A DNA stretch of 64,000 nucleotides from Patescibacteria group bacterium. GTDB lineage: Bacteria > Patescibacteriota > Patescibacteriia > Patescibacteriales > UBA12465. The position numbers were made by a program, and so were the translations under genes. The notes beneath the pieces were generated by a model that made no database searches, had not been told where the DNA came from, and worked only from the letters and a program-made list of their open reading frames with translations. The stretch lies in contig JBAZJR010000004.1 in assembly GCA_041651195.1 (NCBI GenBank), positions 26,848 through 90,847 of the forward strand, read 5' to 3'. Below are positions 34,859-43,430 of the stretch, piece after piece (positions within the stretch are counted from its first letter, which is position 1; every line of letters starts with the position of its first letter).

Positions 34859-35764
34859 ATGATTCGGATCATCCAAAAAAGAAAAATATTTTTAAGCCTT
34901 TCTAGTCTGGCCGTTATCGCTTCGGTCTCCGCCCTTATTTTTTGGGGCTTGAATTTCGGCATCGATTTCACCGGCGGCAGCTTATTAGAAGTCGGATTTA
35001 CCAATTATCAGCCGAGCATCACGGCCGTCCAGGACAGCCTGCGGGAGGCGGGCTTACATAACCTTATCGTCCAGCCGACCGACGATTCCGTGATCTTGCG
35101 TTTTAAGGAGAATACCGAGGAAGCCCATCAAGCGGCTATCCGTGGTTTGCAGTCTTTAGTCGAAAACCAGTCTGGGGCAGACTGGAGGGAGTTGCGCTTT
35201 GATTCGGTCGGTCCGTCGGTTGGCCAGGAACTCAAGAGCAAGTCTTTTAACGCGACCGTGATTGTCTTTATCATGATTATCTTGTATATTTCCCTGGCTT
35301 TCCGCAAGGTTTCTAGGCCGGTCGCTTCCTGGAAGTATGGCGTGGCCGCGATTATCGCTCTTGTCCATGACATCTTTTTCATTCTCGGTATTTTCGCGGT
35401 TCTCGGCCGTTTTTATGGAGTGGAAATTAATACGCCCTTTATCGCCGCAATTCTAACAGTGCTCGGGTATAGCGTGAGCGATACGATCGTCGTTTTTGAC
35501 CGCATCCGCGAGAATCTGCCCAAGAGCCAGGAAGACTTTGAAAATACGGTCAATCGCAGTATCAATCAGACTTTAACTCGGTCTATCAATACTTCTCTTT
35601 CTTCCGTTTTAGCTTTGTTGGCTGTCCTTTTTTTCGGCGGCGAGACGATCAAAGACTTTGCCTTAGCTTTGGTTGTTGGCATCATTGTAAGCACTTATAG
35701 TTCAATTTTTGTCGCTAGCCCGGTCCTGGTTGTTTGGGACAAGTTCACCCGTCGGCATAAATAG
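34859..35764 (+). CDS. secF: Protein translocase subunit SecF
   Basis: Conserved segments are GIDFTGGS, HDIFFILGIFA and YSVSDTIVVFDRIREN. The ATG at 34859 follows the secD stop, and the track's upstream extension overlaps secD. Confidence 0.92.
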   Translation: MIRIIQKRKIFLSLSSLAVIASVSALIFWGLNFGIDFTGGSLLEVGFTNYQPSITAVQDSLREAGLHNLIVQPTDDSVILRFKENTEEAHQAAIRGLQSLVENQSGADWRELRFDSVGPSVGQELKSKSFNATVIVFIMIILYISLAFRKVSRPVASWKYGVAAIIALVHDIFFILGIFAVLGRFYGVEINTPFIAAILTVLGYSVSDTIVVFDRIRENLPKSQEDFENTVNRSINQTLTRSINTSLSSVLALLAVLFFGGETIKDFALALVVGIIVSTYSSIFVASPVLVVWDKFTRRHK

Positions 35765-35790
35765 GCTAATATTAAATTAGAATATAAAGA

Positions 35791-35816
35791 AAAGAGCTGT
35801 TCCCAGCTCTTTTTTT
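35791..35816 (+). terminator. Intrinsic terminator after secF
   Basis: The sequence is AAAGAGCTG-TTCC-CAGCTCTTTTTTT. Confidence 0.75.
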
Positions 35817-35834
35817 ATCTGGTATAATTAGAGC

Positions 35835-38180
35835 ATGAAAATCAATTTTCACGTGCCTCAGATTTCCGGGCGCCATATTTTAGATGGCCTGATCGAAGCT
35901 TCTTATCTGGCGGTCATTCTCTTGATACCACTTTGGTTCGCCTATTGGTTCCCGACCTATAATATTTTTGAGTTCAATAAAATGGTCTTATTTCGGTCTC
36001 TGGTCTGGCTGCTTTTATTTTTTACCGCTATCAAGGTTATTTTTTATCCGCCAACCGGCGGCTGGCCGCCCCGCCAATTTTTTAAGAAATATTGGCTCTG
36101 GCCAACGATCTTTATTATTAGTTTGAGCCTGTCCTTAGTCGGCTCGATTGATCCGATCCAAAGCTTTTATGGGACTTTGTCCCGCCAGCAAGGCCTCAGC
36201 AGCCAATTGTTTTATTTTCTATGGTTTATCTTGCTTAGTTTTAATCTTATTTTTTTCAATTCGTCCGAGGCGGCCAGCTCGGCCAGCTTCTTTGAGGTTC
36301 GAGCCGGGCTAGATGCGAAAATCCGACGGATTATTATCACAGCCTCTATATCTGGATTTATCGTCGCGTCCTACGGTATCCTCCAAGCCTTGAATATTGA
36401 TTTTTTAAATTGGGCTGAAGCGCCATTTTTAACGCGACGGAGCTTTTCCACTTTTGGCCAGCCGAATTTCCTGGCTTCTTGGCTGCTTTTGGTCGTTCCT
36501 CTCAGCCTCCATCTATTTTTTAAGAGTCGGCATTTTTTTATCAGATCTCTCTGGCTGCTGGTCGCCAGCCTGCAGCTTATTTGTTTATTTTTGACAGGCA
36601 GCCGGGCTGGGTTAGTGGCTCTAGTTGCGACTATTTTTTTGTTCCTAGCCTATTTATTCATTTTTGCCGGTTGGTCGCGACGAAAAAAATATTGGCTAGC
36701 TGGAATATTTATTATTATTGTTTTCGCATCTGCCACCAGTATCAGCGGGTCTTCCGGCCGTAGCTGGTCCGAAGTGATCAATTTCAATTACGGTTCCGCC
36801 GGCGCCCGAATTAATTTTTATCGGGCGGCGCTTGAGGCGATTCCGTCTCGGCTCTTTTTTGGCTTCGGTTTGGAAAATAGCCAGGAAGTTTTCATTAAAT
36901 ACTATGAGCCAGATTGGGGCGTATATGGGGATGTCAGCCAGATAGCTGACCGAGCCCATAATCTGTTCCTTGATATTTTATTGACGACGGGAGTGGTGGG
37001 CCTATTCTCTTTCGTTATCCTTTATTATTTTTTCTACCGTTTAGTTTTTGATAATACCCGCAAGCAAAGGTCGGCCGGACTGTCTCTCGCTCTCGCCTTA
37101 GGCGTCAGCGCTTATCTACTTTCCTTATTATTTGGATTTGCCATGGCCGCTGGCGAGATTTATTTTTGGTTATTTTTAGCTCTGCTGGTCGCGCTTAATA
37201 GCGCCGGAGAGAGCCGGTTAGCCGCTAAGACTGTTTCGCGCCGCGCTGATTTTCCTAGGCGTTTGCCCTTTAAGATATTCTTAATCCTACTGGCTGCGAT
37301 CGCGATTTTTTGGCAAGTGCGGCGTAATTTAGATTGTTTGATCGCCGATTATTATTTTTTCCAAGCCGATCTTGCGCTCAACCGTCAAGAATATTTTGCG
37401 GCCCTAGCTATTATCGATCATCTGGCGGATCAACCGGCTGATCCGGCCAGCCAGGAGTTTTATCACCTGATTCTAGGGGAGCGGTTGAGCGCTATTTATC
37501 CGACACTGATTCAGTCAATCGTTAAGCGCGAAATTCAGGAGAAGCTAGAAGCCTTAGATCGATCATTGGGCGATCAGGGCTATCGCCAGCTTCTAGCGCG
37601 GGCAGAAATCAAGCGCTCTCTAGGTGATTTTGTAGCAGCGCGAGGTTATTTATCACAGTTAGCCGCGCTGACGCCGTATTGGCCGCCCGTCCAGCTGGCT
37701 CAAGGACGTCTTGAATTAGCCGCCGGAGATAAAAAAAAGTCCCTCCTCGCTTATTATTCTGCTAGTTTGAATCTTCCTGATGTTAATGATCAGCGTTTGA
37801 ACGAAGATCATCGCCGCGTTGTTCTCCGCTATCGGTCTTTTATTTATGGCCAGATTGCCTCTATTTATGAGTCAGAACGACGCTACCCTTTGGCCGCGCG
37901 TTATTATCAAGATGCTTATCGAGATAATCCAGACGACCTATCTTTATTAAAAAAAGTAGCAGACGCCTATTATCAGGCCGGGGATCTGCCCCAGGCTTTG
38001 GTTTATACAAAGCATGGCTTTTCCCGCGACCCGGCAGATTATCATTGGCCTTGGGCTTTAGCTCTGCTCTATCATGGATCTGGCGATAGGGAGCAAGCAA
38101 CTTTTTATATTAACCGCGCTTGGCTACTCGCATCGGATAAAATGGAGCTTGAATCTTTATATCGAGAATATAATAAATAG
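35835..38180 (+). CDS. Wzy_C (O-antigen ligase/O-oligosaccharyltransferase-like) membrane domain fused to C-terminal TPR repeats
   Basis: The N-terminal ~450 aa are polytopic with LTGSRAGLVALV and ADRAHNLFLDILLTTGVVGL. The C-terminal ~300 aa are helical repeats (YYQAGDLPQALVYTKHG etc.). Confidence 0.8.
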   Translation: MKINFHVPQISGRHILDGLIEASYLAVILLIPLWFAYWFPTYNIFEFNKMVLFRSLVWLLLFFTAIKVIFYPPTGGWPPRQFFKKYWLWPTIFIISLSLSLVGSIDPIQSFYGTLSRQQGLSSQLFYFLWFILLSFNLIFFNSSEAASSASFFEVRAGLDAKIRRIIITASISGFIVASYGILQALNIDFLNWAEAPFLTRRSFSTFGQPNFLASWLLLVVPLSLHLFFKSRHFFIRSLWLLVASLQLICLFLTGSRAGLVALVATIFLFLAYLFIFAGWSRRKKYWLAGIFIIIVFASATSISGSSGRSWSEVINFNYGSAGARINFYRAALEAIPSRLFFGFGLENSQEVFIKYYEPDWGVYGDVSQIADRAHNLFLDILLTTGVVGLFSFVILYYFFYRLVFDNTRKQRSAGLSLALALGVSAYLLSLLFGFAMAAGEIYFWLFLALLVALNSAGESRLAAKTVSRRADFPRRLPFKIFLILLAAIAIFWQVRRNLDCLIADYYFFQADLALNRQEYFAALAIIDHLADQPADPASQEFYHLILGERLSAIYPTLIQSIVKREIQEKLEALDRSLGDQGYRQLLARAEIKRSLGDFVAARGYLSQLAALTPYWPPVQLAQGRLELAAGDKKKSLLAYYSASLNLPDVNDQRLNEDHRRVVLRYRSFIYGQIASIYESERRYPLAARYYQDAYRDNPDDLSLLKKVADAYYQAGDLPQALVYTKHGFSRDPADYHWPWALALLYHGSGDREQATFYINRAWLLASDKMELESLYREYNK

Positions 38181-38184
38181 TGAT

Positions 38185-38952
38185 ATGATTAATTTATTTT
38201 TAGTCGGGGCATTCGTGTTGGGGCTGATTATCGGCAGTTTTTTGAATTGCTTGATTTGGCGCCTATATAAGGAGGAGTCGCTCAGCGGCCGCTCTTATTG
38301 TCCGCATTGCCGCCGGACTATCGCCTGGTATGATAATATCCCAGTTTTAAGCTTCTTGTTCTTAGGCGGTAGATGCCGCACTTGTCGCGCCCGCATTTCT
38401 TGGCAGTATCCTTTAGTGGAGATGGCGACAGCACTCTTATTCCTGTTGAGTTTCCGTCAAGAGATGTCTAGTCCGGATTTTTTCCTTCTCTTATTGCGCG
38501 ACTGGTCATTGATTGTCGCTTTGATCATCGTCTTTGTTTATGACTTCCGCTGGCAGCTGGTGCCGATGGCCGTTGTTTGGCCGTTTTCCGCCCTAATCTT
38601 AGTTTGTAATCTCTTTTTAGGCGTGCCGGTTCTGCAAATTTTATTTTTTGCCGCCTTAGGCAGCGGATTTTTTCTGGTCCAATATCTATTAACTAAAAAA
38701 CAGGGCGTCGGCGAAGGCGATATCTGGTTAGGATTGATGTTGGGGCTAGCCTTTCCTTCCGCCAGCCGGCTATTTTTAATCATGGTCGTTTCTTACGGAT
38801 TAGGGGCGATCATCAGCCTGGTTTTGATTTACGGACGGAAGAAAAAATGGCGATCGCGCATCGCTTTGGGTCCGTTTTTAGCTTTAGGGGCTATTATTAC
38901 TCTAATTTGGGGAGAGGCGCTCATCAATTGGTATTTAAGCCTCTTTTTATAG
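38185..38952 (+). CDS. pilD: Prepilin peptidase (A24 family, PilD-like)
   Basis: The zinc motif reads CPHCRRTIAWYDNIPVLSFLFLGGRCRTCRARISWQYPLVE. The catalytic Asp regions are VFVYDFRWQ and GEGDIWLG. The ATG at 38185 is 4 nt after the previous stop. Confidence 0.88.
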   Translation: MINLFLVGAFVLGLIIGSFLNCLIWRLYKEESLSGRSYCPHCRRTIAWYDNIPVLSFLFLGGRCRTCRARISWQYPLVEMATALLFLLSFRQEMSSPDFFLLLLRDWSLIVALIIVFVYDFRWQLVPMAVVWPFSALILVCNLFLGVPVLQILFFAALGSGFFLVQYLLTKKQGVGEGDIWLGLMLGLAFPSASRLFLIMVVSYGLGAIISLVLIYGRKKKWRSRIALGPFLALGAIITLIWGEALINWYLSLFL

Positions 38953-38973
38953 GTTTTTTGTCGGCGCGGGGAA

Positions 38974-39002
38974 TTGTTTAATTTTTAGAAATTTTGTATA
39001 AT
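38974..39002 (+). promoter_or_regulatory. Candidate ftsA-ftsZ promoter
   Basis: TTGTTT, a 17-nt spacer and TATAAT (38997-39002) lie 36 nt upstream of ATG 39038. Confidence 0.45.
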
Positions 39003-39037
39003 ATTAACAGCAATTATTTCTAATCTAAATCACACTT

Positions 39038-40297
39038 ATGAAGGATAATGTTATCGCTGGCTTAGATATTGGCTCTACTTCCATCCGCTTAGTCATCGGC
39101 CAAAAGATCACTGGTCCGGCCGGTGAAGAGCTGCAGATTATCGGCGCCGTTTCCGGCCCGACCGCCGGCGTCAGCCGAGGTATCGTCAATAGCATCGAAG
39201 AAACGACTTCCTCTATTTCAGCTGTCCTGGAAAAGGCGGAACGTTTGGTCGGCGTGCCGATTACGCGGGTTTGGGTGAGCATCAACGACCCCTATATAAA
39301 ATGCGAGCGCTCTAAGGGCGTAGTGGCCGTAGGGCGCAGCGACGGAGAAATAAATGAAAATGACGTCAATCGGGCGATTGAAGCGGCGCGCGCTTTGGCG
39401 GTGCCGGTCAATTATGAGATTCTCCATGTCATCCCGATAAAATTCAGCGTTGATAACCAGGGAGACGTCAAAGACCCTATTGGCATGAACGGCATCCGCT
39501 TGGAAGTAGAAACCCTGATCGTCCAGGGATTGAGCACCCAGATCAAGAATTTGACTAAGGCGATTTATCGGACTAGCCTGGAGATTGAGGATTTGATTAT
39601 TGCCCCCTTGGCGGCCGCCGAAGCGGTTTTGAGCACCAAACAGAAAGAATTAGGCGTTGCGCTCGTTAATCTCGGTTCCGCTACGACCTCACTAGCGGTC
39701 TATGAGGAGCGCAATCTGATCCATACGGCGATCCTTTCAATCGGCGCGGAGCACATCACTTCCGATATCGCTATCGGCTTACGTTGCCCGATCAATTTAG
39801 CGGAGAGGATCAAATGTGAACATGGTACGGCTTCGGTGGAAGAGGTAGACAAGAAAGACGAAGTCGATGTCAGCCAGCTGGTTAAAGAGGAGGAAGTCAA
39901 TGATGATATTAATGTGATTTCGCGTAAATATTTGGCAGAGATAATCAACGCTCGTGTGGAAGAGATCTTCGATAAGATCGATAATGAGTTTAAGCGTATC
40001 GACCGGTCTGGCATGCTGCCAGCCGGCGTGATTTTTGTCGGCGGCGGCGCTGAATTAGACGGCCTGGTGGAGGCGGCAAAGCAGAAGCTGCGCCTACCCG
40101 CGGCGCTCGGGGCGGCTAAAAATATAAATGTCATCATCGATAAGGTGCGGAATCCGGAATTTTTGACGGCGCTCGGCCTGGTGATCTGGGGCAGCCATAG
40201 CGAAGGGGACGGTTCAGGAGAGAATAATTTTAAACGGAACCTCGGCGGCTTATTGGAAAAGACTAAGGGTTTATGGAATAAGATCATGCCCAAATAA
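39038..40297 (+). CDS. ftsA: Cell division protein FtsA
   Basis: It has an actin-like ATPase fold (GLDIGSTSIRLVIG, VNLGSATTSLAVY, GVIFVGGGAEL) and sits immediately upstream of ftsZ. Confidence 0.93.
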   Translation: MKDNVIAGLDIGSTSIRLVIGQKITGPAGEELQIIGAVSGPTAGVSRGIVNSIEETTSSISAVLEKAERLVGVPITRVWVSINDPYIKCERSKGVVAVGRSDGEINENDVNRAIEAARALAVPVNYEILHVIPIKFSVDNQGDVKDPIGMNGIRLEVETLIVQGLSTQIKNLTKAIYRTSLEIEDLIIAPLAAAEAVLSTKQKELGVALVNLGSATTSLAVYEERNLIHTAILSIGAEHITSDIAIGLRCPINLAERIKCEHGTASVEEVDKKDEVDVSQLVKEEEVNDDINVISRKYLAEIINARVEEIFDKIDNEFKRIDRSGMLPAGVIFVGGGAELDGLVEAAKQKLRLPAALGAAKNINVIIDKVRNPEFLTALGLVIWGSHSEGDGSGENNFKRNLGGLLEKTKGLWNKIMPK

Positions 40298-40321
40298 GAA
40301 ATATTTAATCAAGATAATTTT

Positions 40322-41515
40322 ATGGCTGAAATAAAACCAGAAATTGAGACCTTTGCGAAGATAAAAGTAGTCGGCGTCGGCGGCGGCGGCGGCAGCGCGA
40401 TCAACCGGATGGTCGCTGGCGGCATCAAAGGCGTCGGTTTCGTCGCGATCAACACCGATGTCCAGGCTTTACATTATAATAAAGCGACCGAGAAGATCCA
40501 TATCGGCAAGACGGTTACCCGGGGATTGGGCGCGGGTATGAATCCGGATCTCGGTAAGGGCGCGGCCGAAGAATCACAGAATGAAATCCGCGAGGCTTTG
40601 AAAGATTGCGATATGGTTTTTGTCACTTGCGGCTTAGGCGGCGGTACCGGTTCCGGCGCTTCTCCGATTGTCGCCCAGATCGCCAAGGACCTCGGCGCTT
40701 TAACGGTCGCGGTGGTCACCAAGCCTTTTATGTTCGAGGGTGGCCAGCGGAAGAATATCGCCGATCGGGCTTTTTCGGAATTGGCGGATAAGGTTGATAC
40801 GATCATTACGATTTCTAACGACAAGTTATTGCAGGTCATTGATAAACGAACCTCCCTGCTAGATGCTTTTAAGGTGGCTGATGATGTCTTGCGTCAGGGC
40901 GTCCAGGGTATTGCTGAAATAATCACCGTCCCCGGCATCATCAACGCTGATTTTGCCGACGTTAAGGCCGTTATGGCCAACGCCGGGTCAGCCCTGATGG
41001 GCATCGGGCAGGCGAGCGGTGAAAATAAAGCGGTCGAGGCGGCTAAGGATGCGATAAATTCTAGCCTGCTAGATATGTCTATCGATGGCGCGCGCGGTAT
41101 CGTCTTTACGATTACCGGTGGTCCGGATTTGAGTATGACCGAAGTCTCAGAGGCCGCGAAAGTCATCACTTCGGCCGCTGATGACGACGCGAAGATAATT
41201 TTTGGCGCGGTCGTCGATGAGAAGATGAAGGATCAGATAAAGATTACCGTGGTGGCGACTGGTTTTGATGGCCATGGCAAGACCCAAAAGAGCGAGCTGA
41301 CTAAGTCTTATACCCCTAATACTTTCATCGTGGAGAAAGAGAATGAAAAAGAACTTAGCGCTACGGCTAGTAGCGATAAGAACAAAGGGAAGTTTTCAGT
41401 TTTCAAGAATATACCGATGAAACCGGCTTTAGAGAAGAAGGCCGAGAAGCCGGCCATTAAGGAAGAAGATGATGACTTGAGCGTGCCAGCCTTTATCCGG
41501 AAGAAGATGGGCTGA
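40322..41515 (+). CDS. ftsZ: Cell division protein FtsZ
   Basis: It has the tubulin signature GLGGGTGSGASP, KVVGVGGGGGSAINRM and the C-terminal peptide DDDLSVPAFIRKK. Confidence 0.97.
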   Translation: MAEIKPEIETFAKIKVVGVGGGGGSAINRMVAGGIKGVGFVAINTDVQALHYNKATEKIHIGKTVTRGLGAGMNPDLGKGAAEESQNEIREALKDCDMVFVTCGLGGGTGSGASPIVAQIAKDLGALTVAVVTKPFMFEGGQRKNIADRAFSELADKVDTIITISNDKLLQVIDKRTSLLDAFKVADDVLRQGVQGIAEIITVPGIINADFADVKAVMANAGSALMGIGQASGENKAVEAAKDAINSSLLDMSIDGARGIVFTITGGPDLSMTEVSEAAKVITSAADDDAKIIFGAVVDEKMKDQIKITVVATGFDGHGKTQKSELTKSYTPNTFIVEKENEKELSATASSDKNKGKFSVFKNIPMKPALEKKAEKPAIKEEDDDLSVPAFIRKKMG

Positions 41516-41557
41516 ACGCGGCGGCCGGCTAATCGATTCTAAAAAATCAGACCTATT

Positions 41558-41596
41558 AAAAAAAGATTAGATAAAGTTCTAATCTTTTTTGTTTTT
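41558..41596. terminator. Bidirectional intrinsic terminator
   Basis: The sequence is AAAAAAAGATTAG-8 nt loop-CTAATCTTTTTTGTTTTTT, between convergent ftsZ and the pyrC-like gene. Confidence 0.7.
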
Positions 41597-41609
41597 TAGA
41601 AACTGGCAA

Positions 41610-42650
41610 TCAGACGACTTTCCAGGTTAATTCTTGGCCGGCCAGGAAAGGAATAACGCCGTCATAATCTTTAGGCACGATCCAGGGTTCTTTTTGGATC
41701 GTTATTTTGGCCTGGTTTATCGGCAGTCTATAGAACTGTGATCCGAATTTAGCCGTAAAATCTCCAAAACGATTTTCTGTTCCTTCTTCGTAAAAGACAG
41801 AAAAAACATGCGGGATAGCGGTTGGAGCGGAGAATATCCCTGCGGCGGGAGGAGCGGCTAGTTTCTTCTCTAATGGATGCGGCGCCGAGTCGGAGCCAAA
41901 GAAGAATTTCGGATTACCGCTCGTTGCCGCCCGGCGCACCGCCTTGATATCGCCCGCCGATTTCAATACCGGCTTGCAGTAGAGGAGAGGATTCACTACC
42001 GCCCCGCCTTTGATAACATCGCCGTAATGGTATGGGCCGAGATGATGGGCGGTGATGGTGGCCGCGACATTATCCGGCGCCTCCTCCACTATCTTGACCA
42101 TGGCGGCGGTTGACACATGCTCTACTACTATCCGCAGTTTTGGAAAATTTTTGATGACGTCAAGGAGAAATGGGATAGCACGGGCCTCTCTCTGCTTTTC
42201 GGGTATATCCGCGTTGTTAGCTGGATCCTTCGCCAATTCCCAGTGCCCAGAAAAGACCATATCCCAATGTTCCGCCTCTTCTAATATCGGATAATAATCT
42301 TTTAGCTCAGCCAAAGGCACGCCGCTCGCAGAGTTGGTGGAAGTATTGCCGGGTATAAGCTTCAAGACGCTGGTGCCTAGCAAGCCCATCTCGTTAGCTC
42401 GCCAGATAGCGCCGCGGGTAGTTTCGCCCGTGAACATCATCGTTCTGATCGGCTGGAATCTTGGGTTTAGATTCTTAATCTGGCAATAGTAGCCAAGAGC
42501 TTCTTCGCCGCTTGTAATAGGCGTTTCCAGATTCCCCATCACTAAGACTTTTCCGAACATATTACTATGCGAAATAACTTTCGCTAACATTAGCCCGTCT
42601 CTTAAGTGAGCATGGAAATCGTCCGGTTGGATAAAGCTAAATCTTTCCAT
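41610..42650 (-). CDS. pyrC: Class II (E. coli PyrC-type) dihydroorotase-like amidohydrolase
   Basis: It is collinear with E. coli PyrC as I recall it. Matching segments are DDFHAHLRDG (HxH), LKLIPGNTSTNS (carboxylated Lys position), SGHWE, VEHVST, GSDSAPH and PFLAGQELTWKV. Confidence 0.8.
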   Translation of the reverse strand: MERFSFIQPDDFHAHLRDGLMLAKVISHSNMFGKVLVMGNLETPITSGEEALGYYCQIKNLNPRFQPIRTMMFTGETTRGAIWRANEMGLLGTSVLKLIPGNTSTNSASGVPLAELKDYYPILEEAEHWDMVFSGHWELAKDPANNADIPEKQREARAIPFLLDVIKNFPKLRIVVEHVSTAAMVKIVEEAPDNVAATITAHHLGPYHYGDVIKGGAVVNPLLYCKPVLKSAGDIKAVRRAATSGNPKFFFGSDSAPHPLEKKLAAPPAAGIFSAPTAIPHVFSVFYEEGTENRFGDFTAKFGSQFYRLPINQAKITIQKEPWIVPKDYDGVIPFLAGQELTWKVV

Positions 42651-42877
42651 TTTTACTCCTGCTTGGTTTACAAATATAGTTGATTTATATAAATAGTGGA
42701 TTTATATAGCTAGATCATCATTTTTTAATGAGCGATTACTCACTATCTTAGAAGTAATTGCCTATTTTGTCAATTTTAAATTAATAATTTAATTAGAGTT
42801 AAGGATGAGGATTATTTTTTATAAAATTCTGTGGATAACTATAGAAAAAAAGAGTATTTATTTTAAGATTAGCTAAA

Positions 42878-42906
42878 TTGACCCGAAGGAAAATTTTTGC
42901 TAAAAT
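42878..42906 (+). promoter_or_regulatory. Candidate nrd operon promoter
   Basis: The pattern is TTGACC (42878-42883), a 17-nt spacer and TAAAAT (42901-42906). Confidence 0.5.
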
Positions 42907-42915
42907 ATAGATATA

Positions 42916-42931
42916 ACACAACATTTAGTGG
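42916..42931 (+). promoter_or_regulatory. NrdR box 1
   Basis: ACACAACATTTAGTGG matches the published 16-bp NrdR-box consensus acaCwAtATaTwGtgt at 13 of 16 positions (hand count). It sits just downstream of the -10. Confidence 0.55.
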
Positions 42932-42947
42932 TTTGACTTTAAAAAAG

Positions 42948-42963
42948 CCACAAAATATAGGGT
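42948..42963 (+). promoter_or_regulatory. NrdR box 2
   Basis: CCACAAAATATAGGGT matches the consensus at 13 of 16 positions. Its centre is 32 bp from box 1, about three helical turns, which is the usual tandem arrangement. Confidence 0.55.
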
Positions 42964-42970
42964 TTTATCT

Positions 42971-43429
42971 ATGAAATGTCCTATCTGTTATTTCCCGGAT
43001 ACTAAGGTAGTTGACTCCCGAGTAGCGCCGGACGGCCTCTCTATCAGGCGCCGGCGTGAGTGTTTGAAATGTAGCTTCCGTTTCTCTACTTATGAGGAAA
43101 TCGAACTCTTAGACCTGGTAATCGTCAAGCGCGATGGCCGGCGGGAATCGTACAGCCGCGAAAAGATGGTGAGCGGCCTAAAAAAATCTTGCGAAAAGCG
43201 GCCGATCACCGAGGATCGCTTCAAGAAACTGATCCATTCTATCGAAAGAGACTTGCAACGGTTGAAAAAAACGGAGATTACCTCCCGCCAGATCGGGCAG
43301 ATGGTCATGAAGAATTTGAAAAAGATCGATCCGGTCGCCTATATCCGTTATGCCTCGGTTTATGAATCTTTTAAGGATGCCCATGAATTCCGGAAAGAAT
43401 TAAATAAATTAATTAACGAGAAAAAGTAA
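42971..43429 (+). CDS. nrdR: Transcriptional repressor NrdR
   Basis: It has the zinc ribbon CPICYFPDTKVVDSR..CLKCSFRFSTYE and an ATP-cone. Confidence 0.93.
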   Translation: MKCPICYFPDTKVVDSRVAPDGLSIRRRRECLKCSFRFSTYEEIELLDLVIVKRDGRRESYSREKMVSGLKKSCEKRPITEDRFKKLIHSIERDLQRLKKTEITSRQIGQMVMKNLKKIDPVAYIRYASVYESFKDAHEFRKELNKLINEKK

Positions 43430-43430
43430 T

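Noticed and set aside
39700-40293. A 197-aa minus-strand ORF antisense to ftsA.
   Set aside because: ftsA on the plus strand is conserved along its full length. The antisense product is Ser/Pro/Leu-rich with no recognisable motif.
42682-42708. The direct repeat GATTTATATA x2 (17-bp period) upstream of the pyrC-like gene.
   Set aside because: It is short and AT-rich in an AT-rich spacer. It is likely part of the promoter or a chance repeat, and it has no palindromic operator character.
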